A stretch of 64,000 bases of DNA, from positions 1 through 64,000 of the forward strand of contig JAVKOQ020000034.1 in assembly GCA_031835245.2 (NCBI GenBank). Direction: 5' to 3'. Of the stretch, positions 51,109-61,240 are shown piece by piece. Under the pieces are notes generated by a model that worked only from the letters and a program-made list of their open reading frames with translations, was not told where the DNA came from and did no database searches. The stretch's first letter is position 1; the number at the start of each line of letters is the position of its first letter. Source of the stretch: Balamuthia mandrillaris. Its lineage: Eukaryota. The position numbers were made by a program, and so were the translations under genes.

Positions 51109-51483
51109 CGCCAGCAACAAAGCAACAACAGCTTCATTCGTTTGTACAAAGCCCACCTATATAACCAATAAGAAAAAAAGTAAATGCTCTTCATACTGTA
51201 AGCCCGCAGGAGTAGACATAACCAAGATTACACGTCACGCTTTTCCCCTTTGCCTCTGTGGGAAAAATACATGACTCCTCAATGTTTATGTCTACCTTGC
51301 GGGGCTACAGTCTTCATACACAGACCGATACGAGATCCTCTGGTTTTTGTGTCCCTTGAGGCGTTTGTTGGTTCTGGGAGACCGACGCATGGTGTTGATG
51401 GTGCACTCCTTGAGGAGAGGAGCCACAAAAACATTGAAAAAAAAAAAGACAACCAGCTTTTGGAAAACGAAGCAAAAAGTTGT

Positions 51484-51565
51484 TGTGCGAAGTGGGATTT
51501 GAACCCACGCATCCGAAGATACTGGTGCCTTAAACCAGCGCCTTAGACCGCTCGGCCATCCGCAC
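51484..51565 (-). tRNA. tRNA-Leu(AAG): tRNA-Leu (anticodon AAG), 82 nt, long variable arm
   Basis: Reverse complement GTGCGGATGGCCGAGCGGTCTAAGGCGCTGGT-TTAAGGC-ACCAG...GGTTCAAATCCCACTTCGCACA. A and B boxes present; TTTTT terminator downstream. Confidence 0.95.
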
Positions 51566-51916
51566 TACTTGGCTTCGGCATGCGAAAGGTTGCTTTCAGT
51601 AGGGGAGCTCTCACCTGTCCTCTGACCAAAATGCTGACTGGCGCACACACATCCCACGATAAATAAAAACGCTCTCTTTAGGCTTCCCCCCGACAATTAC
51701 AGAGCCATACGACGTGAGATAATGATGGAAAAAACGAAGAATGCCCGTGTTACTACGGCAAGCTTGTTCTCTGGCTGAACAAAGCATGGTTTCCTGTGGC
51801 AGGCTAGCCATATCTTACATTGACGCATTTTATCTTCCTGGAACTTTTGCACTTGAGCCCCACGAAAAGATACAGATGCCTTTTTGAGAATTTTTCTTTT
51901 AAAAAAGATCTGGTTG

Positions 51917-52510
51917 CTACTTTGGCATGCTCTGAAACTGGTTGCTGTTCGTTTGCATCGGTGGTCTCGTTGTGGGTGTGTTGGTTGGTATCCGTGTGGC
52001 AAGCGGCTGCTGTTGATACTGTTGATTGCTTGGAGCAGCCCCTCCTTGCCAAAATTGGGTTGTTGGTGTGGTCGAGGCTGTGGTACCGACACCAAACTTG
52101 ATGTTTCTTATGTCTTGTTGTTGTTGCTGTTGTGGCATTGAGGAAGAGACTGCAGCAGAAGAAGAGGAAGAAGAGGAGGAGGAAGTGGTGGCGGAAGGAC
52201 TTTTAGGAAGAGACTGTGTTGATGATGACGATGATGAGGAGGATGAAGATGGGGTTGAAGAAGGACCAGCACCAAGTGCTTGCTTCTTCAGTGGGCGTTG
52301 TGGAGCAGCTCCCCCGCCTCCGGTCGTGGGCCTATTGGATGTGGAGGAGGCACTGGTTCCTTTGCTGATGGCAGCTGCTCCTCGTTTGGTGCCTTTACCG
52401 GTTTGTTGGGTCGTTGTTCGTGTGGCGGACTTGCTGCTTTCAGTTAATCCTATTCCCAGTTGTTATTGTAGGTTGATATTGCAATCAATGAGAGAGAGAT
52501 TGAGAGAGAG

Positions 52511-52549
<39 letters not shown>

Positions 52550-52787
52550 AACAGAATTGAAAAGACAACACGCGAAGCAGAGCAGGAGAGAAGAGGGAGA
52601 AATAGAGATATGAACCTCGCCCAACTACGATAGCATGTAAAAGATTATCGAGCTGTTTGGAGGTGTCTTCTGTGGTAATGATTTCTTTCTTAGGCCGGAG
52701 GCGCACCTCTTCCAACTTTGTGTTGTAGGATGATTCTATACTATCGCACATTGCGTTGAATTCTCTTATCATTGTCTTTATTTGGAG

Positions 52788-52830
<43 letters not shown>

Positions 52831-53561
52831 AGGGACGAGAAGAAAAAAAATTTGAGCATGAAAGAAGGAACATAAAGTTATGTTGAAAAGTATACATACT
52901 TCCAAGGTTACTCGTTTTTGCTCTAAAGTTGTGGGTTGAGTTTGAGCGTTGTATTCAGAGACAAGCTGCGCTTCTCTTGCTTCCAACTCTGGAAGGCCTT
53001 TTGTGCGAAGCATTTCTGGCACTGAAGTATTTTTTTTTTAAAAAATGAACAGAGAAAAACATAAAAGAAGACTAAGAGTGAGGAGGAGAGAAGAGAAGAG
53101 AAGAGAACGATGAAGAAGATAAGAGAGTTATGGACGGAAAGACAACGCAACACAGAGAGGATGGAAGTGGAGAGAAGCTAGAATAGAAGAGTGAGCAAAA
53201 AGAAGATGAGGGAAAGGCGTGCATTGGGTGGGCTCTGGCGTTAGTTTCTTGGGTTGAACCACAAAGTGGGAGAGAATGCGCGCGGAACCATGACCCGTGT
53301 TAAACTGAGCATTGAGAATATGAAAGTGCGTGGCCAACACGGAGAACAGCCCTAACAGCTCTTTCCTTTGTGGATTCAAAAACATTATATTTGGTGAGTT
53401 TCACGCACCGCCCAAAAACAGCAAAAGAAGCTTTTCGTGAAGTGAGTGTGTCACACTCACCAGTCAGAGTTCCTTTCGAAGTCTACACTGGCTATCACGT
53501 TTTTGATGCTCTCCGCCTTTGCCCGCAGGGACTCCAACGTCATCGGCACTTCTCCCTCCAT
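51917..53561 (-). CDS. MED8: Mediator subunit Med8-like (multi-exon)
   Basis: LESLR.KAESIK..I...W.ELL..FSVL...FVVQP...P.MLRTKGLPELE; Q/T-rich C-terminus. Confidence 0.7.
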
Positions 53562-53669
53562 CTCTGCTTCTTCTTTCTCTCTGTTTTGTTGAAATTTCCT
53601 TCCCGAATCACGCGTTCGATTCCAACTGCATGCATGTTTCTTTTTTTGTTATAATTTTTGTCGACATTC

Positions 53670-53712
53670 ATTTATTTTCTTTTTTCTTTTCTTTTTTCTT
53701 TTCTTTTCTTTC

Positions 53713-53745
<33 letters not shown>

Positions 53746-53922
53746 CTTTTTTCGTTTTTCGTTTTTCTTTTCTTTTCTTTTCTTTTCTTTTCTTTTCTTT
53801 TCTCTTTTCTCTATTCTATTCTTTTCTTTTCTTTTCTTTTCTTTTCTTTTCTTTTCTTTTCTTTTTTTTCTTTTTTCTTTTTTCTTTTTTCTTTTTTCTT
53901 TTTCTTTTCTTTTTCTTTTTTT
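53670..53922. repeat. (TTTTC)n pyrimidine tract, intergenic
   Basis: Directly visible. Confidence 0.9.
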
Positions 53923-53930
53923 TGTTGTTG

Positions 53931-56397
53931 TTACAAGTGAGCAACAAAGGAAGAGTCCTGATGATGAATCCATTGTTTCGGCACGGTGACCTCGTAGGAA
54001 AGCAGCATTTGGGCGTAGGCCTTGCCCTGGCGGTCGATGTTCAAGCTGCTGAGCCCTCCGCCAGCGAGCGAGTCCGTCAACACAAAGTTGAGGGCATGGA
54101 TGCCCGGGAGCTCGTATCGAACCACTTTGCCCTTTACGAGGTGAGCAAAGTACTCGTGCACCACCTTTTTTGTGTTGTTTTTGTTTTTGTTTTTGTAAGA
54201 GGAAGAAAATAAATGTGTGCTTTGAAGAGAAAAAAAGAATAAAAGGAGAGGAAGACGAACCTCCGAAGTGAGAATCCTTTTCAAGAAGGGATAGTACTCC
54301 CTGCGACGGGCAATGATGCCCACATTAGCAACATCTCCTTTGTCTCCGCTCCTTCCGAAACAAAGAGCAACCAGCGGGACCTTCACCATTCCCTCCACTC
54401 CACTTGAGGGAAAACCTTTCCACTCTTCTTCTTGTTCTCGTCTCTGAGAACAAGAAGCAGAAGAAGAACAAGAAGGCAGTAAAGCAGGAATCTCTCGAGG
54501 TTGCGAGGTTGGACCAACGGCAATGATGGCAGGAACAACCTCTTTTCTAACCAACACTGCTGAGTGTCGGATGAGAGGCTGCGGTCGAGGTCTGCCAGAG
54601 CCCCCACCAGTTATGCCAGGAGCCATGCCGGTGGCAGCGGGCGCCACCTCGCGCCCAAAAATGGCAAGCGCCTTCATGTCGTTGTGATGGGCTGAGAGAC
54701 TGAGGATAACTTCTCTAGTGGCTTTGGCGCCCTCTCGTGCGTGTGGTCCGTATGCTGTCATTCATTAATGTAAGATTGGAGAAAGAGGAGAGAGAGAGAG
54801 AGACGAACTGTGTTCAGCTCCTAATATCTCGATGTTTGTGGAAATAAAGTCTGGCAAGCCCCTCATGGCCAACATCCGCTTGGAACGCTGGACAATGGCG
54901 TTGCCCACGGCCTCTGCTTTTCTCTTTGCATCAATGCCACCCACCATCAACGTTCCCGAGAGCTTGAAGCCATCCAACGAAGTGGCCGATATCTTGTAGA
55001 ACGGTGTAGGCGCCTTCCCTCTTGCTCCCGACACTAACACTCTGTCCTTGTCCAACTGCTTCGCGGTAACTGAGGTCCAATCGCAGATTACATCGGGCAG
55101 GATGTAGTTAGCCGGATCGTGGATCTCGTAGACCAGTTGCTCGCAGACTGTGCCGACGGAAACCAAGCCACCGGTTCCTCTGGCCTTGGTGATGATGAAA
55201 GAGCCGTCGGCATTCACCTCCGCAATGGGAAAACCCACGTTGGTCCATCCTTCTCCCGTCTCTATCTTTCTTTTCGCCTCTTCCTGCTCTTGTGGTGAAA
55301 GTGAAGAAGTGAGAAGGCGACCAGCGAGAGAGTCTTTCCAATCGGTAAAGTTGCCACCGGTAGCTTGACAACCGCATTCGATGATGTGACCGGCAAGGCT
55401 GCCGCTGGAGAGCAGATCATACTCTTTCTCAGGGTTCCATCCAAACTCATGCAGGAGAGGACCCAAGACGAGGGCGCTGTCGGCGCAACGGCCCGTCACC
55501 ACGATCTGAGCCCCTTCTTTTAAAGCGGCGGCGATGGGCACCGCTCCCAAGTAAGCGTTGAAGGAGAGGACGTGAGGCCGCAAGTCATGCCAGCAGGGCT
55601 CTGCCTCGCCGGCTTCCACATGGAAGAATGGTTGGAAGACTTGCTGATCTTGCTGCTGCTTTTGGAGGAGCTCTTGGCGGCGAGGGAGGAGGTCGTCCCC
55701 GTAGACGGCGGCCACGATGGGAATGGGTTGGCCGGCTTCTTGGCTGGCTTGCTCTATTGCTTTCTTCAAAGCCAAGGGATTCATTCCTAAAGCAGAAAGG
55801 CAGAGTAAGAAGAAAGAGGACAGAGGAAGGAGAGAAAGGAAGAGAGAAGCAAAGAGACAAGAAGTGATACGAAAGAAGCGAGGAGAGAAACGAAAAGAAA
55901 AGAAAGTACAAAGAAGAAAGCACAAAAACAAAAAGAAAGTACAACAACACAGAATGAATGACGAAGAAGAACATGCCTCCGGCGTTGGTAACAACTTTGA
56001 TGTTGTGAGCAAGGATAGGCCCCATAAGCGGCTTCCATACTGTTTCCACAAACTCGTTGACAAAGCCACCCTCTCCTGCTCCACCTTTCACTGTCTGCAA
56101 AAAAAATGAGTGAGAGCAAGCACGAGAACAAGAAAAAGAAGAGAAAAAAAAAAGAACCTTGCTCTTGCTGCGTGCGAGGATGGCCATGGTGACCTCCGCC
56201 AAGTAGTCGGCCACCAGGTAGTCCAAGGCGGCGCCTTCGCTGTGGACCAGCTGCCACGCTCCAGCAGGGCTGTCCCCCCAAAAGGCCGAGCTACAGCCTA
56301 TCCTGACCACTTTTTCAGCATTGGTGGTGGCGTCCGAAGCAGGCCCCGCTCCTTCTTGTCGTCGTCGTCGCTGTGGTGCTGCAGCCGGTTGCGCCAT
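53931..56397 (-). CDS. Acyclic terpene utilization AtuA (DUF1446) family protein (multi-exon)
   Basis: VRIGC.SAFWGDS, DYLAEVTM, AGHIIECGCQATGGNF, EQLVYEI.DP, RSGDKGD, DRQGK.YAQ. Confidence 0.9.
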
Positions 56398-56876
56398 TCC
56401 TCCGCCCTTCAGCTTTCTTAAAATTTCTAAATGTTCGTGTCGACCTGACTGGTAATGTCGACAAATTTAGCTGTTTTTCAAGATAATAGCCAAATGGTTA
56501 AGACCGCTTCGTTCACGGTATTATGTATCTGATGACAACCTATTAGAGTAAATTTCCTTTTTTCGGTTGGAGATGTTCGTGTCGTCGTGATGTTCATTTA
56601 CCACAAGAAAGAGAGGAAAAAGGGGGCTGGCGGAGGCCAGTGCTTGCTGCAGAGAGCCGGGACGCGTTGTAAGCAGGACAAAAAAAAAGTAGAGGGTGGG
56701 GGAGAAAATTGTGGGTGACCTCTAGTCTCTCCTCTCCTCTCTCTCTCGCTCTCTTCCGCTTTGCACGTGTGCCACCCTTTCTCTCTCTCTTTGTAGACCT
56801 TAATCTTTTAGGTCCAACCACGCAAAGAAAACCAGAAAGGGGGGTTTTGGTGGGGGGGAAAAAAAAAACCGTTCGA

Positions 56877-58895
56877 ATGGAGGCCTGCAACGAACTTGCA
56901 CACCTTTGCTCCAGTTACCAGCACCCTCTCCCTCCCTCACAACTTTCCCCTCCTCATTCCCACCAACCCCTTGAACTAATGACACACGCAACCCATTCCT
57001 CTGCTGCCTCCTGTTACTACCACCCTCCTATTGCGCCGCTTGCCCCTCCTCAACCCGCTGCTTCCTCCCGAGAGGAGCACGCTCCGGGCCACACCAGTCC
57101 CCCTGCCCCCAAGACCGCAGCCAGAAGGGGTCGGCGGCCCAAAAACCTCCTCCTCTCCTCTTCCCCCTCCTCCTCAGCGGCTCCTTCCACTTCTGCCGAT
57201 GGACAGCAGAAGCAGCCAAAGACGAAGAAGAAAGGCAAAGGCTTGCCCCCGTTTGTCTCCAAGCTCTACGCCATGGTGCAGGACCCCAAGCTGGACCGCA
57301 TCATCAGCTGGAATGCGGACGGCGACACCTTCATTGTGCACAAGCCGGAGGACTTTGCGGTGGACGTGCTGCCAGCCTACTTTCGCCACAACAACTTTTG
57401 CAGCTTCATCCGCCAGCTCAACACCTATGGCTTCACCAAAGTCGTACAGGACAGCTGGGCCTTTCGCAACGAGCACTTCAGGCGGGACCAGCAGGCCCTG
57501 TTGGAGCTAGTCAAGAGAAGAAAGTCAGTGAAACGCTCCCCCGAGAAGGAAGGCTTTGGCTCCGAGCGGACCAAATTCAAACCGACCACTACAAACGCGC
57601 CCACGACCACGTCTTCTTCGCCTTCATCTTCAGCTTTGTCGACTCCTTCCGTAGCTTATTCTCCTAGTTCTGTCGCTGCTTTTGAGGGCAACGACCATCA
57701 CCACCACCACCATTATCATGACGCTATTGGTCGAAGTATACGCAAGAAAATGGCCATGGAAGAGTCGGAAGAGTTCCTGAACGATGAGGACAGAAACTGG
57801 ATGGTTGAGGCTGAGGTGGACGATGGGGAAGAACCAGAAGCGGAAGAAGTAATAATAGTAGAAGAGGAAAAGAGAAGGCGATCAAACAGTGGAGTGAGAG
57901 AGCATTTCACATTCACTCAGAAATCAGAGGAGGCCAACCACAGCAGCAACAATAACAACGATGGAACAACTGACATGGACATTGCTGAAAAAGTGAATCG
58001 GTTAACGGAGGAACGCAGCTACTTGCTCGAGGAACTGGGCAAGCTGAAACAACAACAAGTGACCAACGAACAGATGGTTGAGTACTTTGTGGCAGCCCTT
58101 AAAGCATCTAGACAGCGCCAACAAGAAGCTCAAGAACGAGAGCAACGCATGCTGATGTTTCTGTCTCAATTGCTCACCCCCAACAATAACCACACCAACA
58201 CTAATGATAATACGATTGACAAGCATGGAGATCCCATCCTTCGAGCGTTACAGCAGAACTTAAAGAAGCCATCATCCTCGTCGATGACAGCGGCTGCTCT
58301 GAGAAGAAGAAGACCTATTTCCTCCCTCTCCGAACCTGCATTCCAGTTTCTATTGCGTGACGAAAGCAATAACGATCACCAGAATGGAAGAGAAGGTGGA
58401 GAGGAAGAAGAGAGAGATGAAACGCCATCGTCGCTCAGCGATCCACTGTTCGATTTCAGCAATATGCATCTCAGTTCTGTCAAACTGGAACGAACAGATG
58501 ACGAAAACTATCCAACAGGCGTGGTTCCCCTTCATACCAATACCTCTTCAACTTCAACCACTGCAACGTCTCTTTGTGGCGACGCAACACCATCTCTTTG
58601 TGGCAACGCAACACCATCTCTTTGTGGCAACGCACCATCATCTCTTTGTGGCAACGCGCCAACGATTGCCTCATCTTCATCTTCTACTAGTGTTACTTCT
58701 GTATATCACAATCTTTCATCTTCGTCTGCATCTTCATCGGCAGCAACTGCTGCTGCTCTGTTACCAGAATTTCTCAACGACTATCCGTTCCCTTCCTCTC
58801 CTCATTTGGGTGTAGCGGCGATAGATCCTTCCTGCCATTTTCTGGATGGTTTAGCTTCTGCTCATTCCACACCGGTAGACCTCCATGCTCATTTT

Positions 58896-58939
<44 letters not shown>

Positions 58940-59770
58940 CTCTCGTTCTTCGGCTTACATGTTTGTTTTCCTGTTCAAACAACGCAGCTTACATTCGGAG
59001 AAGACTTCTTGGATACACTGGTGGAGCAGCAGCGGCAGATCGATCTCGCGGAAAATGGTCTACAACAACCACATCTCACGTCCACTAGCAGCAATGGCAC
59101 ACCAGGTGTGGTTGGTGTTGCTTCTTCTTTATCTTCCTCCTCTTCCTCTACTTTGGCTTCATCTTCATACGTGCCCTACACATTTGGCCTTGCTACATCT
59201 AGTATTCCGTCTTCCCCTCTCAACTCTACAGACAGTTTGCTCAGTACTTCTAGTCCACTCGACAACAGCATTCCATCTTCTCCTATCTTACGCCATTATC
59301 TTCTCTACTCTTCTTCCTCATCTTCTTCTCCATCCTCAACTGTTTCCTCCAAAACTTCTGCTAATGATAATTCATCTTCCTCTTCTTCCAGCAATTCAGG
59401 TTCCTCATCCTCTTCTTCCGCAATCTCCCTACCGTCATCATCTTCTATCCCCGATTCAACAGAAGTAGCAATACCAAAGATAAGGTCAGAAGAAGATCTC
59501 TCCACATTCGTGCATTACTTTCCCTTATCCCCTCCTATCTTCCAATGCCCTCCTTTATCTCCCCCTTCCTCCTCTTCTGGATCTTCATCCTCTTCCCTTT
59601 CCTCCGCTTCGTCTACTTCGTCTTCTCAACCCCCCAAATCTCCTTCCCTGTGCTCTTCTTATGAAGATGAAGATGAGTGTCAGCAACAACACCACCGATG
59701 TCTCGATGCAGAGGATGATGTCCTTTGGGATCAGCTCGCCGGACAGCTTCAACAACTCACTCACACCTGA
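56877..59770 (+). CDS. Heat shock factor (HSF) family transcription factor (2 exons)
   Basis: PPFVSKLY.MV.D..., ISW..DG..FIV, YFRHNNF.SFIRQLNTYGF.K; coiled-coil downstream. Confidence 0.92.
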
Positions 59771-59930
59771 ACTTGCAAACACCACAACCCTGCAGCACGT
59801 TTTACTTTGAATGTTCAAGTGCACCATTACATATTCATTTGTACACAAGAGCCATCAGTTCTTCGTCGTTCTCTTCTCTTGGTCGTTTTTCTGTTCTCCT
59901 CTTCATCAGCGCTCTCTCTTCTCCTCTCTT

Positions 59931-60345
59931 TTACGTGGAGTCAGTCATGACGGCGTCGCTCATCAACGCCACCCACCTCTCGCGATAACCCGGCGGCAAA
60001 AATTGGGCAAAGCCCTGCAGCAGCTCCGGTTGGCCCTCCAACAGGTTGGCCGCACCAAGTATGACCGTATCGGAGTCGATACTGGCAAACAAGAACAAAA
60101 CAGGGTGTGAGCGTGAGAAACTGGAAACAAGAAAGAAGAAGCGAAGCACAACACGTTTGCTGTTGAAAGTCTCTCATAATGGTAAGGAACCGGTTGTACA
60201 TGTCCGGGCTCTCCCGGAACGCATGTTTTACTTGGGTGAGATAGTCCAATGCCTCCGAAAAGGTGACCCGCGGAGGTTGGCTCGTGGAACTGCCTTGCGC
60301 CGTTGGGGAGGGGGCCTCATCGCTGGCGGTGAGGCAAGCAGACAT
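59931..60345 (-). CDS. Small stand-alone PAH (Sin3-type paired amphipathic helix) domain protein (2 exons)
   Basis: ALDYL.QVK..F...PD.YN.FL.IMRDF...ID...VI.....LL.G.P.LL.GF..FLPPGY. Confidence 0.85.
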
Positions 60346-61138
60346 TCTTTTTTTGTTTTTGTTGGTGGATTGGTATGGTCGTGACGACACGGATTTATTC
60401 AGGACGACCCGAAATAAGGAGGATAATGATGCATCTTCAATCAATTGTTGTCGACAGGTGTGGTTGATGATGCGTCCAATAAAAATGGCGGGTAAAAACA
60501 GTTTCGCCAACTTTTTCTTTTAAATATTTTGGGTGAGAAAGAAAAGAAAAGGGGGAAAAGAAGAAGAGGACGAAAGAAGAAAAGGTGGTGATCTTTCTTT
60601 TTTTCGATCGGAAGCGAAGTAAACAGTTTTTTTTTTTGAAAGATAGTTGTTGGGGGGGTGGGGTGTTTGTTTTTATCCCGTTCCCTTTCTGAAAGTAAAA
60701 GAGAGGAGGGGGGAAGATTTGGCGGTGGGGGGTGTGAAAGATTTTTTTTTTTTTGGTGTGTGGAACGCTTCTTCAATCACATTCACCCAACCAGGATTGT
60801 CGTTGACAGCAAGAAAGAGCGACGCGAGTTGGCGTTTGGACAGAAGGAGAGTCATCGTCGAGTGAAAAAAAAAACGGACGGCTGCACGAAGAAAGAAAGA
60901 ACGAATCCTTTGTGACACGCGGAGCAAAGGCTTTTATTTATTATTATTTTTCCTACGCTTTATTTATTTTTATCTCTTACGGAGTGAACTTCCTTACGGA
61001 GAAAACGGAGAACATAGCAAAAACTAAACCTCTGACACTGAACCTCTACTCGTACGTTATTGCAATAACGCTGCTACTCTCAACTCCTTTTATTATTATT
61101 TTGTTGCGCAACGCACTGAGCCACTATTTCTCTCTCTC

Positions 61139-61175
<37 letters not shown>

Positions 61176-61240
61176 CTCCGTTTCTCTCCTGTTCCCCTCT
61201 TCTCGCTCTCTGTAAGCAGCATACAACCCAGTTAAACGAC

